NCBI GenBank assembly: GCA_050010515.1
Contig: JBEKKX010000020.1
Location: 1-44,988, forward strand
Length of the DNA stretch: 44,988 bases
Origin: Candidatus Bathyarchaeia archaeon
Lineage (GTDB): Archaea; Thermoproteota; Bathyarchaeia; Bathyarchaeales; Bathycorpusculaceae
Direction of reading: 5' to 3'
Shown: piece after piece, positions 30,095-40,548 of the stretch
Position numbering within the stretch: the stretch's first letter is position 1
How the letters are laid out: each line of letters begins with the position of its first letter
Notes under the pieces: model-generated
The model's database searches: none
What the model was told of the DNA's origin: nothing
What the model saw: the letters and a program-made list of their open reading frames with translations, nothing else
Program-made: the position numbers and the translations under genes

Positions 30095-30529
30095 TTGGAA
30101 AAGACCAAAGTCATTTTTCTATGCACACGAAATTCGGCACGAAGCCAAATGGCTGAAGCATTTCTGAGGAAATATGCGGGTAATTATTTCGAGGTTTACA
30201 GTGCAGGCTTCGAACCTCAACCCATCCACCCCTACACCATCAAGGTGATGCGAGAACTGGGCTATGACCTGAGTGACCAGTATCCAAAGGATTTGACGCA
30301 GTATCTTGGAAAGATACATTTCGGGATAGTTATAACAGTATGTCCGAAAGCAGAAAAGACTTGCCCCACCATACCAGGTGTATCCACTAGAATGTACTGG
30401 CCCTTCGAAGACCCAGCAGCATTTCAAGGAACAGAAGAGGAAAAATTAGCCAAATTCCGAGAAGTTCGAGATCAAATCAACGAAAAGATAAAAACATGGC
30501 TTAAAGACAGAGGCATCACGGACAACTGA
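30095..30529 (+). CDS. arsC: Arsenate reductase (LMW-PTP fold)
   Basis: CTRNSARSQMAE, TVC...EKTCP, WPFEDP, FREVRDQI. Confidence 0.93.
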   Translation: MEKTKVIFLCTRNSARSQMAEAFLRKYAGNYFEVYSAGFEPQPIHPYTIKVMRELGYDLSDQYPKDLTQYLGKIHFGIVITVCPKAEKTCPTIPGVSTRMYWPFEDPAAFQGTEEEKLAKFREVRDQINEKIKTWLKDRGITDN

Positions 30530-30620
30530 AAGCCTCATGATAATCGCTCGCTTCTGAAATTAAGACGTACATTTCAAGGAGCATTCAAGGCAAGCGCACA
30601 GTTAAGGACTGCATAAAGCA

Positions 30621-30640
30621 TAATATCGGGACATGGCAGC
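30621..30640 (+). repeat. Half-site B of the split dispersed motif
   Basis: TAATATCGGGACATGGCAGC; one mismatch versus 32717-32736. Confidence 0.7.
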
Positions 30641-30811
30641 CTGCTGGCATGTATAAGAATTCTTATATAGGTCTCTTTTGTAAGGGCTCAGGAAGGTTTG
30701 GGTTTTGGCGAATAAAATTTATAATTTGATATCGATAGGCGAAATCGAAAAGATGAGTTTATCATTTTTCATGGTGATGAAATTAGATGCATTATTCATA
30801 GGTGACTCAAC

Positions 30812-31795
30812 ATGATTGGAGATTTGGTAATTGAGACAAAAGGGCTTCAAAAGACTTTCATTTCTAAAGAGAGGGGCGGAAAAAAAGAGGTAGAGGCAGT
30901 TAAGGGTATAGATCTCACTGTTAGGAAAGGGGAAATCTTCGGTTTTCTCGGTCCAAATGGCGCTGGCAAGTCTACCACACAGAAAATGCTTTCCACATTG
31001 CTGTGTCCGACTGGCGGGGAAGCCAAGGTTCTTGGATATGACTTAGCAGAACAGCAGGAACAGATTAGACAGAACGTTGGATGCGTGAGTCAAGCAGGCG
31101 GAGCAGATCTGAGTTCTACAGGTGTTGAGAACCTAGTCCTCCAAGCTCAACTATACGGTTTGGATACTTTGACAGCAAAGAAATACGCGGCCGAATTCGC
31201 GGAGCGTTTCCAGATGAACTCATTCATAGAGAGGCCAGCCTCGTCCTATTCTGGTGGCCAAAAGCGCCGTTTAGATATTGCGCTTGGGATGATTCACCAT
31301 CCACAACTGCTTCTTCTCGATGAGCCAACATCAGGTCTTGATCCGCAAAGTAGAGCATATCTGTGGGGAGAAATAAAAAAACTGAAAGCTGGGGGCGTCA
31401 CCATCTTTTTAACTACTCAATACATGGATGAAGCTGACAAGCTCTGTGACACAATAGCAATTATAGATAACGGAAAAATTATTGTGACTGGAACGCCGGG
31501 GGAGCTAAAAAGCTCCGTTGGCGGCGATACGATAGTTTTTAGTTTTCTATCAGAGGAAACCGCTTGCAATGCTGAAACTTTGTTAAAGGAGAAGATTCAG
31601 GTAGAGAGAATCCAAACTAATAACAATTCAGTCTATCTAAACATTAAAGATGGAGAGAGAATGATGCCTGACCTCCTGCGCTCACTCGACGCAAGAAACT
31701 TGGAGGCGCAAACCGTAACGCTGTCCAGGCCGAGTCTAGATGATGTCTTCCTAAAGTACACAGGTCGTTCACTAAGGGAGGATGAAAGAAAATGA
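30812..31795 (+). CDS. DrrA-like ABC exporter ATP-binding protein
   Basis: GPNGAGKST, YSGGQKRR, LLDEPT, PSLDDVFL. Confidence 0.95.
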   Translation: MIGDLVIETKGLQKTFISKERGGKKEVEAVKGIDLTVRKGEIFGFLGPNGAGKSTTQKMLSTLLCPTGGEAKVLGYDLAEQQEQIRQNVGCVSQAGGADLSSTGVENLVLQAQLYGLDTLTAKKYAAEFAERFQMNSFIERPASSYSGGQKRRLDIALGMIHHPQLLLLDEPTSGLDPQSRAYLWGEIKKLKAGGVTIFLTTQYMDEADKLCDTIAIIDNGKIIVTGTPGELKSSVGGDTIVFSFLSEETACNAETLLKEKIQVERIQTNNNSVYLNIKDGERMMPDLLRSLDARNLEAQTVTLSRPSLDDVFLKYTGRSLREDERK

Positions 31796-32559
31796 AAATG
31801 AAAATGCTACACGACACCAAACTGATGTTTATCCGCAACATGCAGCATACGCTCAGAAGTCCCGTTTTTGTTTTCGTAAGCATGTTCCAGCCCCTTATGT
31901 ACCTGCTCCTGTTTATGCCGCTTCTAAACGCGCTCGGCGGAGTTCCCGGACTGCCCGCTGGAAAAACAGTAGATATTTTCATTCCCGGACTTTTGGTTCT
32001 GCAAGCACTCTTCGGCACAGCGTTCGTTGGATTTTCACTTATTGATGATATTAGAACGGGAGTTATAGAACGATTTTTAGTAACACCAGTGAAACGCCCA
32101 GCAATCCTTTTAGGCAGGGTTCTGAGGGATGCAATCGTCCTTCTTCTTCAATGCATTTTAATTACATTAGTCGCTATTCCCTTTGGGCTGAATGTAAATG
32201 TATACGGATTTTTGCTTTCCCTATTGCTATACGCTTTGATCGGAATTACTATGGCATCAATTTCATACGGTTTCGCTCTAATTTACAAAATTGAAGATCC
32301 CCTCGCTCCTACGTTGAACACAATAGCCCTGCCTGTTTCTCTGTTATCGGGGATTATCCTTCCTCTCGCGCTTGCGCCTATCTGGCTTCAGGATCTTGCG
32401 AAGATTAACCCATTCTCGTACACAGTTAATGCTGCTCGCGCATTATTCGCCGGCAATTTTCTAAACATCGGAATTTTAGAGGGGTTCATCGTCATCAGCG
32501 TACTTGCAATCATCGTGTTCCTGTGGGGGTTGAGGTCACTCAAGAAAATGGCATCATGA
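31792..32559 (+). CDS. DrrB-like ABC-2 permease
   Basis: GVIERFLVTP, LLSGIILP, NPFSYTVNAAR. Confidence 0.95.
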   Translation: MKMKMLHDTKLMFIRNMQHTLRSPVFVFVSMFQPLMYLLLFMPLLNALGGVPGLPAGKTVDIFIPGLLVLQALFGTAFVGFSLIDDIRTGVIERFLVTPVKRPAILLGRVLRDAIVLLLQCILITLVAIPFGLNVNVYGFLLSLLLYALIGITMASISYGFALIYKIEDPLAPTLNTIALPVSLLSGIILPLALAPIWLQDLAKINPFSYTVNAARALFAGNFLNIGILEGFIVISVLAIIVFLWGLRSLKKMAS

Positions 32560-32665
32560 CTATGAGATTTGAAGCCCTCACGCTAAACAATCAGATCATT
32601 CAATTTAGCTGGTGAAATTTATCAACAAAATTGATACCCTACCCCGCTATAAAAGGGAGAATAGC

Positions 32666-32736
32666 GAAAACCTCGGAAGAGCAGACAAAGCAGTCTCATC
32701 AACCTACTTCAACACGTAATATCGGGACAAGGCAGC
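32666..32736 (+). repeat. Complete A|B dispersed motif
   Basis: A (32666-32720) matches 37125-37179 at 49/55; 32713-32736 matches 42451-42474 (minus strand) at 23/24. Confidence 0.85.
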
Positions 32737-32818
32737 GCGTCTGATGCTTCGATAAGCATCTACACCACAAGATTTATTTTTACAAGCCCATAGTAAAATC
32801 TCTCTCGAGGGTATTAAA

Positions 32819-33580
32819 TTGAAAAGTTCACAAGAATTACTTGAAGATTTTAAAAAAAGTTTTTTTGCTGAATATAACAGCGCAGAAATGGGCTCAGTGC
32901 TTGCAGATAAGAGACATATTTTTACTGATGAAAAGATGCCTGCGGTTTTTTATAAATATGAGCGTGCACCAAGGGCGGTTAATAAGACTGACGGAGAATT
33001 TTTAGAAACAATTAATTATACTTCACGCAACGTGAAACCTGTTCAAATCGGCGGTGTTTTTAATTTGCGAGAAGACTCTGTCGAAAATCCATATTTACCA
33101 GATGAAATGGCACGTTATTTTGTTGAAGAAGAATATAAAACCGTAATCACTGGTCTTAACAGTTACGCTGGCATCAACATTAATGCACGTAAGAAAGGTG
33201 TGTTGTCAGTAGATGATATATGGAAAGCTTTCTTAGAGCATGCGCGGAAGGGTGCTAATCCAGATTCGATTGTAGTGCCGTTGAAGCAGAAAACTCAGTT
33301 GCTAATTGATGGAAAAATACTTCCTCCACGTTTCCGCTCATCTGACCCTAATAATGAAAGAATACCCATGTACTACGCTGGTCAGATAGGCACGATTAAC
33401 ACTTACTGGGCAAGGTTTATTGAAGATTTCTCATTAGTTTTTGAAAGAGAAGAGATACTTATTCATAGAACACCTTTCGAAATATCTTTTGACATACAAG
33501 AGAAACCTAAGCTAACCTTAAAAGAATGGTTCGCATGTGCTCCTACTTTTGACGAAGCAGTTGCTAAAATTAATCTTTGA
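32819..33580 (+). CDS. Solitary protein resembling an HK97-fold capsid/encapsulin shell
   Basis: KPVQIGGVF, EMARYFVEEEYKTVITG, LSVDDIWKAF...G.NPDSIVV, GQIG.I, EWFACAP...AVAKI follow the HK97 element order; ORF is solid, fold is inferred. Confidence 0.55.
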   Translation: MKSSQELLEDFKKSFFAEYNSAEMGSVLADKRHIFTDEKMPAVFYKYERAPRAVNKTDGEFLETINYTSRNVKPVQIGGVFNLREDSVENPYLPDEMARYFVEEEYKTVITGLNSYAGININARKKGVLSVDDIWKAFLEHARKGANPDSIVVPLKQKTQLLIDGKILPPRFRSSDPNNERIPMYYAGQIGTINTYWARFIEDFSLVFEREEILIHRTPFEISFDIQEKPKLTLKEWFACAPTFDEAVAKINL

Positions 33581-34014
33581 CATAATTATTCCCTTATTTT
33601 TGCGTCGTTCAGCTTAAAAGTCAAAAAACAAAAAGTGGTCAGGGTTTATTTAAAATAAAAAAGGCATTATGTGGGTTTTTGGAGCTACTCCGAGCTTTCC
33701 TTTAGGCAATCACATATTCCGCACTCTATTCCAAACGTCACATGGAAAACGGTGATTCCAAAGCAGGGTTAACAAGGTTTCTTCTTTTCACACTCAGGTC
33801 TGATCAGCAATACCTTCATAATCGACGAGATTATTCTCGAGAAGACTTTAGAGTTTGTGCCAGAGAAATGGCTACTCTCAAGCTATCTAGCGACGGGTAC
33901 GGCGAATGTACCCGTATTCATGAAGGCAGACAACGCTGAAGATGAAGTAGAAACGCACTTGACGCAGTGAACGATCGATCAATACGTTAACTGAAGGATT
34001 TGTTAGCGCACGAA

Positions 34015-34683
34015 CTATGCAGGAAGTCTTGGCACTACAATCTTCTGTTCCTTGGGTAAACTCTCTTTTGTGACGCTGAGGCTCTGACCTTTGGTTTTCT
34101 CAACGTTCTTCTTCCCCTTCAGAAATTCATCGAGAGAGATAGGCATCACCCTGGGGAGCCATGATGATGCCCCTGAGAGCCCAGTGTTGTAATGCATCGG
34201 TATAATGATTTTCGGATCTAATTTGGTGATAACCGACCATGCTACATCAGGCCCTATAGTGGCTCCTCCCGCAACTGGTGTGAACAAGACATCTACCTTG
34301 CCTATCTCCTTCGCCTGCTCGGGGGTCAGGTCGTGGCCTAGGTCTCCTAGGTGACACAGCTTGAGGTCGTCAAGCTGGACGGCGTATACGCTGTTTTTCC
34401 CTCTTTGGCTTCCGCCAGTAGCGTCGTGTTGGGTTGCCACGCCCTTCACGGGAATGTCTTTAACCTCCTTTGCGCCCACAAAGCCTTCTAGGACAACTCC
34501 TCCCTCTTTGAGGACTGGTCTTACGTTGTTGTGATCCCCGTGGCTGTGGCTGCACAGGACGATGTCAGCCTTTGCCTTTGGCTCAGGTATGCCGATTCCT
34601 CCAAAGGGGTCAAACACAATTGTAGAATTCTGCCCCCTCACCTCAAAGCACGCGTGCCCATGCCATATAATATCCACCAACAA
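34015..34683 (-). CDS. MBL-fold metallo-hydrolase
   Basis: WHGHACF, SHSHGDH, HLGD, PMHY. Confidence 0.93.
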   Translation of the reverse strand: MLVDIIWHGHACFEVRGQNSTIVFDPFGGIGIPEPKAKADIVLCSHSHGDHNNVRPVLKEGGVVLEGFVGAKEVKDIPVKGVATQHDATGGSQRGKNSVYAVQLDDLKLCHLGDLGHDLTPEQAKEIGKVDVLFTPVAGGATIGPDVAWSVITKLDPKIIIPMHYNTGLSGASSWLPRVMPISLDEFLKGKKNVEKTKGQSLSVTKESLPKEQKIVVPRLPA

Positions 34684-34762
34684 TTTCTGCCTCCTTTCTA
34701 AATGCTCCGAGACATAACAGTTGGATAAAGCATTTTATTAATTTTCCTCAAACACGCTTTGT

Positions 34763-35971
34763 TCATGTAGGTTTCGCTGGGTTCTGTGGATGCCCGCTTT
34801 TTCGCATGGCAAGTATCGCCTCTGTTTTAGAGCCACCAAGATCATTTGACACCAATTTAAGTTGTTCAGGAATTGCAATATGCTGTGGGCAACGTTCCAT
34901 ACATTTTTTGCATTCTTTACATAATGAAGCATCAGACCGTTTGCCGCTCAGGCCACCCATCAACATCATTGCATACATTGCACGTGATTTTTCTTGTTCG
35001 CCGAACATGTAATAATCATTATAAATTCTGAAGTTGCTAGGAATATTCACTCCGGAAGGACAAGGCATACAATATTGGCAGCCTGTACATGGAACCTTCA
35101 TGAGACGCCTATAAGTTTTAGCTACATTTTTGATTAATGATAGTTCCTTAGCTTTCATTGCGCTTGGCAGTGCAGTCTCAGCAATTTTAATGTTTTCGGC
35201 AACCTGTTTTTCATCGTTCATTCCTGAAAGAGCAACCGTTACTTGTGGATGATTCCAGACCCAGCGAAGACCCCATTCAGCTGGAGATCTTTGAATTTTA
35301 GCGTTATCATACAATTGCTTAACTTCGTCTGGAAGCCTACCAGTTAATGTCCCGCCTCTAAGCGGCTCCATAACCATAACCGCAAGCTTCTTTGAAGCAG
35401 CATACTTTAGACCCCCAGTTCCAGCCTGCAATTTTTCATCTAGAAAATTATATAGTATTTGACACATCATCCAGTCATTAGCATCAATGATTTCTTTGAA
35501 GGTTTTACGGCTTCCGTGAAATGAGAAACCCATGTTGATGATTTTTCCATCAGCTTTCGCTTTTTCTAAAAATTCTAAAGCGCCGAAGCCTTGCAGTTTT
35601 TTCCAAGATTCTTCTTCGAGTCCGTGTAGGAGGTAATAGTCAATGTGGTCTGTTTGGAGTTTCTGCAGTTGTGCGTTTAGCATTTTATCCATGTCTTCGG
35701 CTTTATTTAGCAGAAAAGGCGTAAGTTTAGTGGCGATCTTCACTTTTTTGCGGTAGCCGCCTAATAGAGCTTTGCCAAGCAATTTTTCGCTTTCGCCATT
35801 GTGATATGGTGGAGCAGAGTCAACGTAATTCACGCCGTTGTCGATTGCATAGCGGATTTGTTTTATTGCGCGTTCTTCATCGATGTTTTTTCCCTTTAAG
35901 GGTAACCTCATGCACCCAAATCCTAGAACTGACAACCTATCGCCGTTTTTTGGTACTGTTCTATATTGCAT
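34763..35971 (-). CDS. Aldo/keto reductase with C-terminal 4Fe-4S dicluster
   Basis: LGFGCMRLP, GFSFH, MEPLRGG, CTGCQYCMPCP, CKECKKCMERCP. Confidence 0.95.
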   Translation of the reverse strand: MQYRTVPKNGDRLSVLGFGCMRLPLKGKNIDEERAIKQIRYAIDNGVNYVDSAPPYHNGESEKLLGKALLGGYRKKVKIATKLTPFLLNKAEDMDKMLNAQLQKLQTDHIDYYLLHGLEEESWKKLQGFGALEFLEKAKADGKIINMGFSFHGSRKTFKEIIDANDWMMCQILYNFLDEKLQAGTGGLKYAASKKLAVMVMEPLRGGTLTGRLPDEVKQLYDNAKIQRSPAEWGLRWVWNHPQVTVALSGMNDEKQVAENIKIAETALPSAMKAKELSLIKNVAKTYRRLMKVPCTGCQYCMPCPSGVNIPSNFRIYNDYYMFGEQEKSRAMYAMMLMGGLSGKRSDASLCKECKKCMERCPQHIAIPEQLKLVSNDLGGSKTEAILAMRKSGHPQNPAKPT

Positions 35972-36184
35972 CTTCAAATGCTCCTGATAAATGTCTAAAC
36001 TACCAGACTTTCGCCTGTCTAATCAGTATATTTTGCAATTAAACACGCCATTCTTAAAAACATTATGCAGTATTCACGATAAGTTAGATCTAAGTTGAAG
36101 GCGTTGTTTTTTACTAAAAAACTATTAGAGTACGCGCAGATTCGTTTAAATGGGGGCACCGTTAATTCCTTTTTGAGATCTCTT

Positions 36185-37024
36185 ATGCCGTTTTCAGAGG
36201 TAGCGATCGTAAAAGGAGAACGAGGCTATGAGCCCGTTTTTAAGGCCTTAGATCTGATTGACTATAAAACTGCTCTTCAGGGGAAGGACAAGGTACTTAT
36301 CAAAGTTAACTTTATCACAACTAAAACTTGGGACACAGGCGCCACAACAGACCCCATTGTGGTGGAAGCCATACTGCGAAAACTTGCACAATTGACGGTT
36401 AAGCCATACGTTGTAGAATCTGACGCCACCATGACTAACGCTGACGAAGCCTTTCAAGCCACAGGAATGAAGGAAATGTGCGAGCGCAACGGAGTTGAAT
36501 GTCTCAACCTTCGGCACGTCGAAGACAAAGTCACATTACAAATCGCAAACGGCGAAACCTTAGACAGTATCACGGTTCCACGCATAGTAACAGAATCGGC
36601 TATAATCAGCGCTGCCAAACTCAAGACACACATGCAGACGGGTGTGACGCTTGGCATGAAAAACCTATTTGGGCTACTTCCCGACAAGATGAAATACAAA
36701 TACCACCTCAAAGGCATAAGCAAAGTGGTCGTCGACATAACAAGCGTCATCAGACCTGCGTTAACTGTGATAGACGGTTTCGTAGCGATGGAAGGCAGAG
36801 GACCAAGTAACGGCACACCCGTTCAGATGAACCTTATCATCGCGGGTAAAGATGTAGTCGCTACAGACGCTACAGGTTGCCGCGTTATGGGATTTGACCC
36901 TCACAAAATAAAACACATAATGAAAGCAAACGAAAAAGGCATAGGCAACATCGACAACATCAACATCATAGGAGAAAAATTAGAAAGCGTCACCCGCCAA
37001 TTCAAAGCCGCCAAAATCCTATAA
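36185..37024 (+). CDS. DUF362 family protein
   Basis: VLIKVN, TTDP, KLKTH, VTLGMKNLFG, EGRGP, DVVATDA. Confidence 0.93.
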   Translation: MPFSEVAIVKGERGYEPVFKALDLIDYKTALQGKDKVLIKVNFITTKTWDTGATTDPIVVEAILRKLAQLTVKPYVVESDATMTNADEAFQATGMKEMCERNGVECLNLRHVEDKVTLQIANGETLDSITVPRIVTESAIISAAKLKTHMQTGVTLGMKNLFGLLPDKMKYKYHLKGISKVVVDITSVIRPALTVIDGFVAMEGRGPSNGTPVQMNLIIAGKDVVATDATGCRVMGFDPHKIKHIMKANEKGIGNIDNINIIGEKLESVTRQFKAAKIL

Positions 37025-37124
37025 GTTGTCCAACCACTTAAGAGTGAATTAGGTGATAGAAGGTAGTCGGGGTTTGTTCGATTATGCTTTTCGAACGTTC
37101 TTCTTACATAGGAGAGAAGCAACT

Positions 37125-37179
37125 GAAAACATCGGAAGATTCGACAAAGCAGTCTCACCAACATACTTCAACACGTAAT
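37125..37179 (+). repeat. Half-site A of the split dispersed motif
   Basis: 49/55 identical to 32666-32720; similarity stops right after ACGTAAT. Confidence 0.85.
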
Positions 37180-37379
37180 GAGGTAGCTAATTTCTACTTT
37201 TTTGCATGATTCTGATATATGGGTCTTTTCAAAAGATAAATTGATACTTAGACCCTTTCAATTGATAATTAGACCTTACTGAGTACATCTTAAGACCTTG
37301 TAATGTACTCTGGAAACTTTGCTAAATACTGCGAGTAATAAGAGCTACCCTAACTTTCCTCCTTAATTACAGTGTACAT

Positions 37380-37607
37380 CTAACATTTTCGTCGCCGAAT
37401 TAAACTCATTACTCCGTACAGCACTCCCCCAGTGAATAGCGAAATAAAGGCTCCTTGCAACAGATTATACGTCAGACTCTCGCCATCAATAAAATTAGAG
37501 AATACACCAAACCCTAAGAAGAGACATACCATCCATATAATAATTGCTACGTTTGGAAGCTCTTGAATCTTGAAAAGTCGCTTTAACCTGTTTTCAACTT
37601 GGGACAA
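37380..37607 (-). CDS. Small two-TM hypothetical protein
   Basis: Two hydrophobic segments and a basic tail. Confidence 0.55.
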   Translation of the reverse strand: MSQVENRLKRLFKIQELPNVAIIIWMVCLFLGFGVFSNFIDGESLTYNLLQGAFISLFTGGVLYGVMSLIRRRKC

Positions 37608-37872
37608 AGTGAATGCCCCACTCCTTTCAACAGCATTATAAGAGCATCTAATATTTTATATTTTTCCCTGTCTTTGTATCCAACTATGCTTACCGATAGA
37701 GGCTATTGCTATGCTATGCAGATTTAAGATTTTCAGAAAGAGAAACTTAGCAAAATAAACTTTGTTAATAATAAAAACGATTCAGACTTGAAAGGCAAAA
37801 TTATAAATAAATTGATAAATGACCGCATAAACAATCAACCCTAAGCCGATAAGCTATCTCTACAGAAGCATA

Positions 37873-38331
37873 TTATTTTAGTTTCTTTACTGATTCATTA
37901 TCATTTCCCAATTTTTCCCTGTTATGCCTAAAGAAAAGCCGAAATGACGTTGTCAAATCGTAATCTTCCACTTCATTAAACGGCACCCAACGCAGCTCCA
38001 CGGCGTCGCTTGCAGCCTGAGCGGTCCCGTTTTTTACATGCACGAAGTAGTCGATGATTACGTAATGGTATTTTACTTTGCCCTTCTCGTCCAAGTCAAC
38101 GTTGCTGACCACGTCAATTAAGCTTGGGTTTTCAACGTCAAGGCCAGTTTCCTCTTTGGTTTCTCGGATAACTGCTTGCTCAAGGGTTTCGCCAAGCTCA
38201 ACCAGGCCACCTGGAATGGTCCATTTTCCTTTGCTTGGTTCGTTTCCCCGTTTTATGAGAGCAATCTTGCCTTCATTGATTATTACTGCGCCGATGCCTA
38301 CGATTGGCTGATCAGGGTATAACCGTTTCAC
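37873..38331 (-). CDS. NUDIX hydrolase (ADP-ribose pyrophosphatase-like)
   Basis: PGGLVELGETLEQAVIRETKEETGL Nudix box. Confidence 0.95.
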   Translation of the reverse strand: MKRLYPDQPIVGIGAVIINEGKIALIKRGNEPSKGKWTIPGGLVELGETLEQAVIRETKEETGLDVENPSLIDVVSNVDLDEKGKVKYHYVIIDYFVHVKNGTAQAASDAVELRWVPFNEVEDYDLTTSFRLFFRHNREKLGNDNESVKKLK

Positions 38332-38359
38332 GCGGGGACGCCTCTGCTAATTGTATTTG

Positions 38360-39685
38360 CTATTCGTATCTTAAAGCTTCTACGGGCTTAAGCTTAGACG
38401 CACGCCACGCTGGGTACAACGCGAAGATTACGCTGACTCCTATACCGAAACCTAACGCGCCCAAAAAAACCTCGGGAGTCAACAGTGGTGTTACTCTGAA
38501 TCCGGTTCCGCCGAAGGCTCCTGAAGCTAAAACCTCCGCAACAACGTTTGCTAAGACCCAGCCTAAAGCTATTCCCACAAATGCGCCGATTAAGCCGATT
38601 ATAACTGATTCGCCAAGGAAAATGGTTAGTACGGTTCGGCTTTTCATACCTAACGCTTTAAGTATGCCAATTTCCCGTGTGCGCTCAATCAACGACACTA
38701 TCATTATATTCATTATCGCAATGCCTGCCACTAACAGGGAAATAGCTGCGATTCCGCCGAGGAACAACTGTATCGTACCAAAAACGGTTGAGAGCAAGCT
38801 TAGAACCGCCGTTGCCGATATAAAGGTAACTTGATTGCCAAAGTAATTAGTTATAGCCTTAGAAACATTTGTGACCGTCGCGTTATTGCTGCTTTTTAAC
38901 TGAACGATTATCATGGAACACTGGTCTGTTCCAAAAAAGCTCTCAGCCTGGCTTAACGGAATGTAAACGCCTGTATCTGAAGGCCCCCCAACGCCGAAAC
39001 CACCGATTTTTTGAAGCACCGCTGAAACTTGCGCTGTATAGGTTTCGTTTACCACCGGAAGCGTTGTACCATTAGTCCATACGATGCCAATGTCATCGCC
39101 TGCGCCGAAGAGTAATGTGCCGTTTTGTCCAGGATCATTTACGAGTGTTCCAACAACTGTCTCGTTGTCAGTGGGGCTCAACGGTATGGTTCCGGACGCA
39201 GCCACAAAAGTTTTGCTGTACTGCTGAGCATACTGGGCAAAATCAACACCGTAAATAGTAACTGAACTATTGACACCGCCAGCGTTAACATAGCCTGACT
39301 GTTGTATCACAGCGAATGAGCCTTCTATTTCTGGCGATAAAGCGTCAATTTTTTGAGTATAATTGACGTACAAGTTGAAGCCAGAACTTGAGCTGGAACC
39401 GCCTAAATTGAAGCCTCGTCCGCCTGCACCAGAACCACCAACACCACTACCGCTGCCGCTAGTGGCTTGTCCTAAAACGCTTTGGCCTGGAGTAACAATT
39501 AATGTGTTTGTTGATAGTCCTTTTTGAAGCTGGGTAGTTATAGTTGCCTGCAAACCCTGGGTGATAGAGAGCAGCGCCACTATGGCGGCGATGCCTATGA
39601 CTACGCCTAAAATGGTTAATGCTGCTCTGAGCTTGCGGAGTTTAATTGCGCTGAAAGAATAACCGAAAATATCTATTGTTTTCAC
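38360..39685 (-). CDS. MacB/FtsX-type ABC permease
   Basis: LTILGVVIGIAAIV, ERTREIGILKALG, YPAWRASKLKPVEALRYE. Confidence 0.95.
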   Translation of the reverse strand: MKTIDIFGYSFSAIKLRKLRAALTILGVVIGIAAIVALLSITQGLQATITTQLQKGLSTNTLIVTPGQSVLGQATSGSGSGVGGSGAGGRGFNLGGSSSSSGFNLYVNYTQKIDALSPEIEGSFAVIQQSGYVNAGGVNSSVTIYGVDFAQYAQQYSKTFVAASGTIPLSPTDNETVVGTLVNDPGQNGTLLFGAGDDIGIVWTNGTTLPVVNETYTAQVSAVLQKIGGFGVGGPSDTGVYIPLSQAESFFGTDQCSMIIVQLKSSNNATVTNVSKAITNYFGNQVTFISATAVLSLLSTVFGTIQLFLGGIAAISLLVAGIAIMNIMIVSLIERTREIGILKALGMKSRTVLTIFLGESVIIGLIGAFVGIALGWVLANVVAEVLASGAFGGTGFRVTPLLTPEVFLGALGFGIGVSVIFALYPAWRASKLKPVEALRYE

Positions 39686-40380
39686 TCTTGATTCACCACT
39701 TCGGATGTTATTTGACCATCAAACATTTGCGCTGTTCTTTTTGCTTCTCTGGCCAAATGTTGGTCATGAGTAACCATGATGATGCTAACGTTGTTTTCAA
39801 CATTCAACTTCTTGATTAAGCCCAGAACTTCACTTGCCGTTTTGGAATCAATATTTCCAGTAGGCTCATCTAGCAGGAGAAATTTGGGGTTGTTTGCTAG
39901 AGCGCGTGCAATTGCGACTCGTTGCTGCTGTCCACCGCTAAGTTCAGCGGGCTTATGATTTACTCGGTCTTTCAAGCCTACGGTTTCAAGAAGTTCTATT
40001 GCTCTTTTTCTTCTTTCTGCTTTATTCATATCCGCAATAGCCATTGATAATTCAACGTTGTCTTGTGCGGTTAATCTTGGTATTAAATTAAAAAATTGGA
40101 AAACAAAACCGATTCGCCGACGCAAATCAGCTAGTTGGTTATCGTTTAGCTTAGAGATGTCAACGCCGTCGATTAGCAGTGTGCCTGAGGTTGGCTTGTC
40201 TAATGCGCCGATTAGGTTCAGCATCGTTGATTTGCCGCTTCCGGATGGTCCGAGTATGGAAACGAAGTCTCCAGCTTCAACTTTGAGGTTTACTCCTCGG
40301 AGTGCCTCCACTGGGACTTTTCCAAGCATGTAAGTTTTTTGCAGGTTTACTGCTTCGACGAGTGTTGGCATAGCTTTCAA
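39682..40380 (-). CDS. LolD/MacB-type ABC ATP-binding protein
   Basis: [29 protein letters not shown]. Confidence 0.95.
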   Translation of the reverse strand: MKAMPTLVEAVNLQKTYMLGKVPVEALRGVNLKVEAGDFVSILGPSGSGKSTMLNLIGALDKPTSGTLLIDGVDISKLNDNQLADLRRRIGFVFQFFNLIPRLTAQDNVELSMAIADMNKAERRKRAIELLETVGLKDRVNHKPAELSGGQQQRVAIARALANNPKFLLLDEPTGNIDSKTASEVLGLIKKLNVENNVSIIMVTHDQHLAREAKRTAQMFDGQITSEVVNQE

Positions 40381-40548
40381 TCCATATGCTTTCCGTCTGT
40401 TAGATAATGCGTGTATTTATTTATTCAGGTATTTACATGAGAAACGGCGCATACGGCTGTTAAAGCGACTGCAAAGATGCCACGTATTCTAAAATTTGAT
40501 CAACAAATTGCGTTGATCTTGGTTAGTTTGCAGTATTGCCTGATTTAG

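Noticed and set aside
33700-33970. ORF 33742-33939 and an alternative interrupted frame
   Set aside because: Possibly a gene relic, but no family is recognisable
38304-38834. 176-aa plus-strand ORF and similar antisense ORFs
   Set aside because: Shadow frames opposite well-supported genes
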